Of a DNA stretch of 64,000 bases, positions 55,001-64,000 are shown piece by piece (position 1 is the stretch's first letter; every line of letters begins with the position of its first letter). Location: the NCBI RefSeq assembly GCF_964355755.1, contig NC_092676.1:5185888-5249887 (forward strand). Direction: 5' to 3'. The translations under genes were made by a program, and so were the position numbers. The DNA comes from Antedon mediterranea. Lineage: Eukaryota > Animalia > Echinodermata. The notes beneath the pieces were generated by a model. The model had not been told where the DNA came from. It was given only the letters and a program-made list of their open reading frames with translations, and did no database searches.

Positions 55001-58000
55001 TGGCGGCCGCCAGATAATTAAGTGGCGGCCGCCAGATAATTAAGTGGCGGCCGCCAGATAATTAGGTGGCGGCCGCCAGATAATTAGGTGGCGGCCGCCA
55101 GATAATTAGGTGGCGGCCGCCAGATAATTAAGTGGCGGCCGCCAGATAATTAAGTGGCGGCCGCCAGATAACAGCTTTTAAAATATAGTTATCTTGTGGC
55201 CCGAACGGGCTTCCGTAGTATTATGCTATTATCACTTGATAGTGTGATACTATAACATACACACTGTATGATATGCACTAGAGAAAACAAATATTGCTTT
55301 AGTAATAATAAAATAAATATTGGTTATCTTATAACAGGGATTTACAGAAAATGTTTATGTTTGCCTAATTAAAGAATACTCATCAGCATTTACTATGTAG
55401 ATAATGTCCCTATCATTGAGTGAAAGACTATAACAAATAATTAAAAATGTATAAGAAAAATAAAAGTTGACATATCAAACAGCTTGAATATTGTAATTGT
55501 TACTGTACATTATTTTTACTTTGAAGGAGTTTGAGCAGAAACCAAATAAGTACATTGCCAGCCAATGTATTTGATAGATTGACAGCATTGACACACCTGT
55601 AAGTATTTTGCTAATGATACTTTCTTTGTTTAATTTGTTTTAAAAAGAAATAATACATTATTTTTATAATAATGTATGATATGCATTTAATCATCTCTTA
55701 ATGAATAATAATATAATTCATAACAATGAATATTATACATTGTATCATTTTGTAATGTGATCAATACATACAGTATAGATTTATAACCACTTAGTGTTAA
55801 TATTTAATTTAAATATTATCAATAAATTTTTTTCAAGATATTAACTACTCGTGGTATTTCATTTTTTTGTTTATTTTGTTTTAACAATAAATAATGATAA
55901 TTTAAATGCATTGTATCACTTCATAATATAATTAATATATAAAGTATGTATTTAAAAAACCACTTAAAGCTTAAAATGAATTTAAAAAGAACAAAAAATA
56001 TTAATAGGAACAATATGTATGTTAACAATTAAATGTGTAAAGAGATAAAGAGAGTACAAAATAACAATGTGAAGAGAAATTGTATATGGAAATAAAGTGA
56101 AATATTTAATTCAACCTACTGAATAAATTTTTTTTTTTTAATTTAAACATATTATTTATTGTTAATTGGTCATTAAATAAAGAGATTTAATCATGATGTT
56201 ATTAAATGCATTAAGATGATAAATACTAATTAGAAATCAATAATACCTGTAAGTATTTTCCTCATTTTTAAAAAGAAATAATAAAATTAAATTCATAACA
56301 ATGAATATTATGCATTGTAATCAATACATTCAGTTTTTTTAAACCATTTAAAAGACATTCATTATTAAATTGTCTTTATTTAAGAGATTACTTATCATAT
56401 TATTAAAAACATTTAGGTAAGGAAATTTACATGAAAGTATTAGTATTATGCTATTATCACTTGATAGTGTGATACTATAACATACACACTGTATGATATG
56501 CACTAGAGAAAACAAATATTGCTTTAGTAATAATAAAATAAATATTGGTTATCTTATAACAGGGATTTACAGAAAATGTTTATGTTTGCCTAATTAAAGA
56601 ATACTCATCAGCATTTACTATGTAGATAATGTCCCTATCATTGACTGAAAGACTATACAAAATAATTCAAAATGTATAAGAAAAATAAAAATTGAAATAC
56701 CAAACAGCTTGAATATTGTAATTGTTACTGTACATTGTTTTTACTTTGAAGGAGTTTGAGCATTAACCCAATAAGTACATTGCCAGCCAATGTATTTGAT
56801 AGATTGACAGCACTGACAGACCTGTAAGTATTTTGCTAATGATACTTTCTTTGTTTAATTTGTTTTAAAAAGAAACAATACATTAATTTATAATAATGTA
56901 TGATATGCATTTAATCATCTCTTAATGAATAATAATATAATTCATAACAATGAATATTATGCATTGTATCATTTTGTAATGTGATCAATACATACAGTAT
57001 AGATTTATAACCACTTAGTGTTAATATTTAATTTAAATATTATCAATTCATTTTTTTAAAGATATTAACAACTCATGGTATATTAAATTTTTTTTGTTTA
57101 ATTTGTTTTACCAATAAATAATGAATATTTAAATGCATTGCATCGCTTCATAATATAATCAATATATACAGTATGTATTTAAAAAAACACTTAAAGCTTA
57201 AAATGAATTGGCTACTTAATTTTTTAAAAGATAGAGAACAGCGTGTTAAGCTTAATCACACGTTGTCCTCGTTGTTGAAAGTTAACACGGGTGTTCCACA
57301 AGGTTGTGTGTTATCACCTTTATTGTATACAATATACACAAATGATTGTAAGTCAAATAATACAAAAACTGAGATTATTAAATATGCAGACGACACTGCT
57401 CTGATTGGTTATCTGGATTCAAAAGATGATTCAATGACAGGCTTCTTAGACAGTATTAATATTTTTCACAAATGGTGTAAAGATAATTTTTTAGATCTAA
57501 ATATAAATAAAACTAAAGAGATGGTTTTTGATTTTCGGAAGAAGATAAACTACCTTCCCAAGATCAAAATCAATGGTGAGACCATTCTGGAAGTTAAAAC
57601 TTACAAATATTTAGGGGTTGAAATTGATAATAAACTTAAATTTGATGCAAATAGTAGGTGCATATACAATAAATTACAAAAACGTCTCTTCTTTCTACGC
57701 AAATTAAACTCTTTTAAGATTGACCGTACTATTTTACAACTTTTTTATACTTCTATCTTAAACAGTGTACTTAGTTTTTGCCTAATATGTTATTATGGTA
57801 ATTCACGTTTTAAAGATAGACTTTTACTTAATAAAATAGTTAAACAAGGCAGTAGAATAGTAGGCTCTGAACAAATTCCCCCTGAATATTTACATTTTTT
57901 TTTATTAGTTCTATGTGTAAATATGTTAACTGCACACTACAAAGTTGTGGATGACAGTGTGGTGTAATGGTTATGTATCCAGCCTCTCACAGTTGAGATC

Positions 58001-61000
58001 GCTGGTTCAAGTCCCACTGAGGATTTTTTTTTTTTTATTATTATTATTATTTTTTTTTTTGTGGACCTTGATCTTTGACCCTGACCCTTCAAAATTTAAC
58101 CACAATTATATGATGTGTCATTGATCATTGTGGCTAAGTTTGGTGAGAATCGGATCAAAACTGTGGTCTCTAGGCAGTAAAATAGTTTTTTGTTAGTTGT
58201 GACCTTGACCTATGACCTTTCCCCCTCAAATTTGAACTCGTCCGAGCTTTTTGGGCATAGATCATTGTGTCAAAATTTGGTTAGAATCGGATAAAAACTG
58301 TGGCCTCCAGGCTGTTCACAGACACACACACAAACACACACACATACACACACAAACACACAAACATACAGGGGTGAAAACATAACCTCCTTGGCGGAGG
58401 TAATAAGAACAATATGTATGTTAATAATTAAATGTGTAAAGAGAGAAAGAGAGTACAAAATAACAATGTGAAGAGAAAAGTATATGGAAATAAAAGTGGG
58501 ACAAAACCCAGGTAAGACAAAAAAAACCCACTTAGCATAGTGAAATATTTAACCATACTCAAAACATTATTTGTTTTAAATTTTAAAATATTATTAATTG
58601 TTAATTGGTCATTAAATAAAGAGATTTAATCATTATGTTATGTTATTAAATGCATTAAGATGATAAATAATAATTAGTAATCAATAATACCTGTAAGTAT
58701 TTTCCTCATTTCTAAAAGAAATTAAATGAAATGAAATTCAAAACAATGAATATTATGCATTGTAATCAATACATTCAGTTTTTTAAACCATTTAAAAGAC
58801 ATTCATTATTAAATTGTCTTTATTTAAGAGATTAATTATCATATTATTAAAAACATTTAGGTAAGGAAATTGACATGAAAGTATTAGTATTATGCTATTA
58901 TCACTTGATAGTGTGATACTATAACATACAGACTGTATGATATGCACTAGAGAAAACAAATATTGCTTTTAGTAATAATAAAATAAATATTGGTTATCTT
59001 ATAACAGGGATTTACAGAAAATGTTTATGTTTGCCTAATTAAAGAATACTCATCAGCATTTACTATGTAGATAATGTCCCTATCATTGACTGAAAGACTA
59101 TACAAAATAATTAAAAATGTATAAGAAAAATAAAAGTTGACATATCAAACGGCTTGAATATTGTAATTGTTACTGTACATTGTTTTTACTTTGAAGGATT
59201 TTGGGCTATAACCAAATAAGTACATTGCCAGCCAATGTATTTGATAGATTGACAGCACTGAGAGAACTGTAAGTATTTTGCTAATAATACTTTCTTTGTT
59301 TAATTTGTTTTAAAAAGAAATAATACATTAATTTCTAATTATGTATGATATGCATTTAAGAGCCATTGTCTGTAAAAATCAAAGATTTGGTGGCAGATGT
59401 AAAAAATGGATTTCTCTAACATTTTTACCATGAATAGACATTTCAATAAAAAGCATATCTACAACATTCATTTTAATTTTTAGCCTCTGTTGCCATGACA
59501 ACGGTCAATTATCCAAATGTTGATGTTTTTGCCATTTTTCACAGATTTTCTAGGCCTATAGTGAAAAAGTACAAACTTGTATAGGCCTACTTATTTTAAC
59601 CAAAAATACTTACAGTATACAGTTTTTGTTTATAGCAGTGTAAACAACATGTATTGAGTTCCATTTAATGTAGAAAAAAAAATAAAAAAATGGAGTTTGG
59701 TTGATACCATTATTTTAAAAAGGGGTGTTTTTAAAAAATATTTTTTTTATAAAAGTATACCTCATAAACGTACCTATAACTTCCAAAGTGGTGTTTTTAT
59801 ATCAATGAGGTTTTTTAATTTGATAGTCAATAGGTTTGTCAACAATAATCACGAAAAAAACACTGGGGTAAATTTTGTACATAGGTTTTGTGTTGCCAGG
59901 AAAATACGAAAAATACAAAAAAATACAAACAAAATATCAACAAACAAAACACATGAAACACAATTTAAATATGGCTAATCCAATAATAAAATGTATATGT
60001 GGCTTGTCATAATGCTACTAGAGTCATAGTTTAGATAAAATAGGAGAATGTGTTGCCAGGTTTATTTAAATTAATTGCCTGAAAAACAGTATTTTGCATT
60101 GAAATATTTAGTTGATGGAAAATAATGTTAAACTTTGAAATAATTGCGTGAATGGTTTTTATAAATTTTTAAATCTATTTTGTGTAAAGAGATACAGAAA
60201 GACCTCCCAAAAAATCTGACCTTGTAAATAGGTCATTTGAGGTCAAAAGGGGTCAGAATGCAAAACAGGACAGGTCCCCACTTTACTAAAACTATTAATG
60301 TTTGATCAAAATTTACAAGATAGTTAAAAAAATTCTCAACAATTTTCATTTTTTACCTATAGTGTTACCTTAGCAACCATTTATATATGTGTATATTGCA
60401 TTTATAATTTTTCTCAATTTGACTTCTACTGCATTTTATTAATCTTAAAGTGATGACAAACTTGACCTTGTAAATTCATTCATTTTGAGGTCAACATTTT
60501 ACCATAGTAACTGTTTTTATGCGAAAATATTTAAAAAATAAGGGGTTTTTCATAAATACAAAACATTTTTTCTACATAGTTTTACATTTCTACTTTTTGC
60601 CAAATTTACTTTAAATACTGAATCCTAATAATCTCAGAAAGAAAGTCTTGACAAATCTTAATAAAGGTAACAAATTGACCTTTAGTGTTATCTTAAACCT
60701 GTTTACGTAACTAAGGATATTTAAATAAAATTTGGAGTTTTCATGAAAAAAAAAATTTACATATTAAGGTCAAATGACATCAACATTTTACCTATAGTGT
60801 ATTGTAGCAACTGTTTCTATACGTAACTAAGTACAATATTTTTAATATGGGGTTTCATGAATACAAACAATTGATTACATAGCTTTACTATTTTTTTCCC
60901 AAATTTACTTATCTACTGAATCCCAGAAAATGTCTGACCTTGTGAAAGGGTCATTTGTTGGGTCAAGTTATGTCAAAATGTATTATTTATGTTATCTTAG

Positions 61001-63113
61001 AACCGGTTTCTATGCGTAACTAAGGATAATTGTTTTTTTATATACAGTTGAACCTCCCGTAAGTGGCCACCCTCGGGACCTGGAAAAGTGGCCGCTTACG
61101 GGCGGTGACCCCTTACCGGATAATTATTATCAGATAATTATTAATTAATAATTAATACTGAATCCAACCATCACAGTAAAAAAAAATATAGAATTTAAAA
61201 CCAATATTTAAAAATAAAGTGTGATATTTACATGCTGACCTTAAATGAAATGAAATTTCACATCAGGGCTTCAATATTTGTTGTGTAGCATTAACATACC
61301 TGAGTATATCATTGACTTTTGATTGGTTCTATTTTGGGGAGGGGAAAGTGGTGGATCCAGGAGGCGAGGGTCTAAAAACTTTATGTCCTATCTTTTGCAT
61401 TGCAATGTTTAACTTGGGGTGGGTGGGGGCTTGGAGAAAGGGGGAGGGGGTGGGATGGAGGAGTTTGAATCCGTCTATTTGTTGGGGCGATGGTAGCGGC
61501 AGTGTGGGTGGTGCTTGAATGCATGCATTTGACACTCTATAGTGGATGATCGACCAAAGTGTTACAGTTTATCTTTTTGTGATTATAGTCGGGGTAGGGT
61601 GGGGTGGGGGGGGGGGGGGTGGTAGTCGAAAGTGGTGGTGGATGGGCATGTGGGATCTGCTTAGGTTAGCAAATAAAAGAAGTAAACAAATGAAAGAGGA
61701 GCTTCAAAATAAGAGAGGAGTAATCTGTTGCAGAGATTAAAATTCACAACGATCTGATAATTTATTCAAATTTCCAGAAGATATAACTTATAAAATGACA
61801 TTAAAACCGGGAATTACAGAATCTATAATTAAAAACATTTTTTTTTTTTCTCACAACACAACTAGAACTATAAAACATTCAGAATTTTTCTGACCAATGA
61901 GTTTCAAATCAAAAAATCAAAGAAAATAAAATGTTTTTACTAATATACCATGTGTTTTTTTTTTATAAAAATGCCTATGTTTCTCGCAACACTGCTTGTA
62001 GATTTTTAAATTACCCCAGTATTTTATTTTAGAAATCAATTATTAAACATTAGAACTACCTATTTGTAATAAATCAGCTAAAAAAATACACCACTTTGGG
62101 CGTTATGGTGAGTTAAAGTTTAGTTGCATTGAACAATTTAAAAAAAGTGAAAAACACCCCCTTTTTAAATAAATGGTATCTCCCTAAGTATGAAATAAAA
62201 AAAAATAAAAAAATATGGAACAGGTACACAATGCATTGTTATTATGCATACACTAATTATTTTTTATAATTAAATGAACAAAACAAAAATATCGTTCATG
62301 AAAGTAGTACCAATATCCATTTTAAAAAACCTTAAAAAAGGACAAAATTTGTCAAAAACACAAATTTGGTCGTTGCCATGGAAGTATAGGTGTGAAATAA
62401 AAAATACTTCATATTTGATTTCTCTCAACACATATATAGACATGTGCAAAATTTGAAATTATTTGTTTTTAAATTTTAAAATATTATTAATTGGTCATTA
62501 TTAATCAATTTGTTATTAAATGCAATCAATAATACTTGTAAGTATTTTCCTCATTTCTAAAAAGAAATAATGAAATGAAATTCATAACAATGAATATTAT
62601 GCATTGTAATCAATACATTCAGTTTTTTCAATCATTTAAAAGACATTCATTGTAATATTGTTTTTATTTAAAGAGATTAATTATCATATTACTAAAACAT
62701 TTAGGAAAGGAAATTGACATGAAAGTATTAGTATTATGCTATTATCACGTGATAGTGTGATACTATAACATACACACTGTATGATATGCACTAGAGAAAA
62801 CAAATATTGCTTTAGAGTAATAATAAAATAAATATTGGTTATCTTATAACAGGGATTTACAGAAAATGTTTATGTTTGCCTAATTAAAGAATACTCATCA
62901 GCATTTACTATGTAGATAATGTTCCTATCATTGACTGAAAGACTATAACAAATAATTAAAAATGTATAAGAAAAATAAAAGTTGACACATCAAACAGCTT
63001 GAATATTGTAATTGTTACTGTACATTGTTTTTACTTTGAAGGGATTTGCAAATTAACCAAATAAGTACATTGCCAGCCAATGTATTTGATAAATTGACAG
63101 CATTGACAAAACT
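42316..63113 (+). CDS. Multi-exon extracellular leucine-rich-repeat protein (hydrophobic N-terminus + T/D/V-rich stalk + LRRNT + at least 12-13 single-exon VLR-like LRRs); 3' end outside window
   Basis: Exon 42316-43063 (phase 1) joins in frame to 43717-43861 (phase 1-2), then to a series of 72-bp phase 2-2 exons with ttttacttt(g/t)aag acceptors and gtaagt donors. No stops in any exon. Confidence 0.88.
43160..43585. repeat. 49-bp intronic minisatellite
   Basis: gctgtcacagctaggtagacatgtctgactgtagattgcatttattagt at 43344, 43393 and 43442, with degenerate flanking copies. Confidence 0.88.
43717..43861 (+). CDS. LRR gene exon 2: LRRNT cap
   Basis: ctttacag|...|gtaagt. Translates AEAECPTGCKCVAPRWSTDGHRVRCRPPWSINNISTINEYNDHVPITEL (CPxxCxC...VxC pattern). 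Confidence 0.88.
44057..44128 (+). CDS. Divergent first LRR exon (SVEHNEISTLPTHVFDSLTALTKL) with an atypical acceptor
   Basis: Homologous to the downstream exons. Donor gtaggc. The expected acceptor reads ctAT, but an in-frame AAG acceptor 3 nt downstream would give a 69-bp exon (44060-44128). Confidence 0.55.
44507..44578 (+). CDS. LRR cassette exon 1: DLYGNQISTLPANVFDRLTVLTWL
   Basis: 72 bp, ag|...|gtaagt, phase 2-2. Confidence 0.9.
44851..45400. mobile_element. TTAA-targeting MITE with AG-initiated TIRs (Kolobok-type)
   Basis: TIR AGATGTATTGTCCC / GGGACAATACATCT with TTAA on both sides. The empty site ttttgtttaatttg is visible in sister repeat units. Confidence 0.85.
46303..46374 (+). 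CDS. LRR cassette exon 2: SLSGNQISTLPANVFDKLTALTYL
   Basis: 72 bp, ag|...|gtaagt, phase 2-2. Confidence 0.9.
47569..47640 (+). CDS. LRR cassette exon 3: GLSGNQISTLPANVFDRLTALTHL
   Basis: 72 bp, ag|...|gtaagt, phase 2-2. Confidence 0.9.
48087..48158 (+). CDS. LRR cassette exon 4: DLGWNKIRTLPANLFDRLTALTTL
   Basis: 72 bp, ag|...|gtaagt, phase 2-2. Confidence 0.9.
49335..49406 (+). CDS. LRR cassette exon 5: YLSWNQISTLPANVFDKLTALTHL
   Basis: 72 bp, ag|...|gtaagt, phase 2-2. Confidence 0.9.
50594..50665 (+). CDS. LRR cassette exon 6: DLQINQISTLPANVFDKLTALTKL
   Basis: 72 bp, ag|...|gtaagt, phase 2-2. Confidence 0.9.
51849..51920 (+). CDS. LRR cassette exon 7: YLYRNQISTLPANVFDKLTALTYL
   Basis: 72 bp, ag|...|gtaagt, phase 2-2. 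Confidence 0.9.
53105..53176 (+). CDS. LRR cassette exon 8: DFSWNQISTLPANVFDRLTALTKL
   Basis: 72 bp, ag|...|gtaagt, phase 2-2. Confidence 0.9.
54049..55217. mobile_element. Foldback element with TACGG...CCGTA ends and 6-bp TSD (IS3EU-type, non-autonomous)
   Basis: TIR begins TACGGAAGCCCGTTCGGGCCACAAGATAACTAT and extends over 300 bp. TSD GTATTA (54043-54048 and 55218-55223) is confirmed by empty sites in sister units. 22-bp subterminal repeat atctggcggccgccacttaatt, 5 copies left and ~11 right. Confidence 0.9.
55527..55598 (+). CDS. LRR cassette exon 9: SLSRNQISTLPANVFDRLTALTHL
   Basis: 72 bp, ag|...|gtaagt, phase 2-2. Confidence 0.9.
56752..56823 (+). CDS. LRR cassette exon 10: SLSINPISTLPANVFDRLTALTDL
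   Basis: 72 bp, ag|...|gtaagt, phase 2-2. Confidence 0.9.
57209..57885 (+). mobile_element. Truncated non-LTR retrotransposon reverse transcriptase fragment (Rex1/Babar-like, CR1 group)
   Basis: Motifs GVPQGCVLSPLLY, KYADDT, WCKDNFLDLNINKTKEMVFDFRK, YKYLGV and RLFFLRKL. The first ~12 codons of the listed ORF are host intron repeat. Confidence 0.9.
57890..58403 (-). mobile_element. Helentron-type non-autonomous element fragment with a tRNA-like Pol III segment
   Basis: Minus-strand 5' end ATTACCTCCGCCAAGGAGGTTATGTTTT followed by (GT)n, with tgaccttga repeats. tRNA-like segment on + at ~57953-58030 (TGGTGTAATGG ... GGTTCAAGTC ... T-run). Confidence 0.72.
59197..59268 (+). CDS. LRR cassette exon 11: ILGYNQISTLPANVFDRLTALREL
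   Basis: 72 bp, ag|...|gtaagt, phase 2-2. Confidence 0.9.
59360..62455. mobile_element. ~3.1-kb intronic DNA-transposon insertion (TTAA-anchored, imperfect long inverted repeats, right end deleted) with a nested Tc1/pogo-like end at ~61043
   Basis: Host repeat breaks at gcatTTAA|gagcc. Inverted pairs include gataccattattttaaaaaggggtgttttt / aaaaacacccctttttaaataaatggtatc and gttgccatgacaacg / cgttgccatggaag. TA-CAGTTGAACCTC plus a hairpin at ~61041-61115. Confidence 0.6.
63042..63113 (+). CDS. LRR cassette exon 12: DLQINQISTLPANVFDKLTALTKL (identical to exon 6)
   Basis: 72 bp, ag|...|gtaagt, phase 2-2. Confidence 0.9.
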
Positions 63114-63476
63114 GTAAGTATTTTGCTAATAATACTTTCTTTGTTTAATTTGATTTAAAAAGAAATAATACATAATGTATGATATGTATTTAATCATCTC
63201 TTAATTAATAATAATATAATTTATAACAATGAATATTATGCATTGTATCATTTTGTAATGTGATCAATACATACAGTATACATTTTAAACCACTTAGTGT
63301 TAATATTTAATTTAAATATTATCAATTCATTTTTTTAAAGATATTACATCTCATGGTATTTAATTTTTTTGTTTAATTTGTTTTAACAATAACTAATGAA
63401 TATTTAAATGAATTGTATGAATTCATAATATAATCAATATATACAGTATGTATTTATAAAACCACCTAAAGCTTAA

Positions 63477-64000
63477 AGCTCAGCTACAGGCATGAATTTT
63501 GAATATAATATCTGGTTAATTGTACATAAATCAAATATTTGTAACAGAAATCAAGACGAAAAACATGAATTTCCCTTAATATGGCCAAATACAAAATTTG
63601 GAAAAATTCTGCTATAAAAACCAGGAAGACTTTTTTTCAGTAGTTAGGTAGTTGAACCTAATGTAATAACATGTCTGATGACTCCCTAGAAGGTGAAAAA
63701 AGATGGTGGATATACGGTGGATAATTTTTGCTATAGCATGAAAATAAAAATCTGAAGTTGAAAAAAAATACCAGAAATGTAAAATTCAAGTTATATTACC
63801 TATATTTTAGTCATCTGATAACATTTTTTACCAAACCGTTTATTTTTTTATAGCTTTTTAAAATTCCTCTCTATTTACAAAATTTGTGTACAAAAGAATA
63901 GAGATTTTACTGTGTAATTTGAACTGATAAGAAAGTGCTTATTTTCAACAAGCTCGTGTAACAAAAATAGATCGTTAATTATTGATTAATTATTTTTTGC
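63477..64000. mobile_element. Start of another TTAA-anchored insertion, related to 6298-6512
   Basis: Host repeat breaks at gcTTAA|agctcagctac. ~63865-63965 matches ~6302-6412 (aaaatttgtgtacaaaagaat...gagattttactgtgtaatttgaact...gataagaaagtg). Confidence 0.55.

Noticed and set aside
57173-57967. Reverse transcriptase as a diversity-generating (DGR-like) partner of the LRR array
   Set aside because: It is a truncated ordinary LINE fragment in one intron, there is no template/variable repeat pair, and the variation in the exons is not adenine-specific.
57953-58030. Functional tRNA gene
   Set aside because: A and B boxes are present but the acceptor and anticodon stems do not pair, and it lies inside a repeat element.
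45462-58458. Recurrent hydrophobic minus-strand ORFs (…YFSLHIVILYSLSLFTHLII…)
   Set aside because: These are AT-rich intron repeat translations whose starts, ends and frames vary between units, unlike the strictly conserved 72-bp exons.

Overview
This is AT-rich, intron-containing eukaryotic DNA, dense in transposons and satellites. The repeat families and gene content suggest a marine invertebrate, possibly an echinoderm (inference). There is no prokaryotic operon or CRISPR array. 0-15 kb: satellites and non-autonomous DNA transposons. 15.9-16.7 kb: a sulfotransferase-like (W-x-x-PRS-x-ST motif) gene with an unbroken CDS, and a 5S-rRNA-derived SINE just upstream of it. 22.8-30.6 kb: two convergent SLC46/PCFT-family transporter paralogues, reconstructed here as 5 coding exons each with identical internal exon sizes (132/84/157 bp). 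31.7-35.8 kb: a nested transposon stack, including a Helentron-type element inserted into a copy of itself. The main result lies at 42.3 kb to the end of the window, where the ORF track shows almost nothing relevant. It is a secreted or membrane leucine-rich-repeat gene: a hydrophobic N-terminus plus T/D/V-rich repeat stalk, an LRRNT exon, one divergent LRR exon, then at least 12 tandem exon+intron units (mostly ~1.25 kb). Each unit carries one 72-bp phase-2 exon encoding a VLR-like 24-aa LRR (xLxxNQISTLPANVFDxLTALTxL). Introns and convex-side codons are homogenised, while the four concave-face codons flanking the splice junction are hypervariable. This looks like a diversifying, cassette-built recognition receptor. 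Its 3' end lies outside the window. All coordinates and translations were read by eye and no database searches were run.
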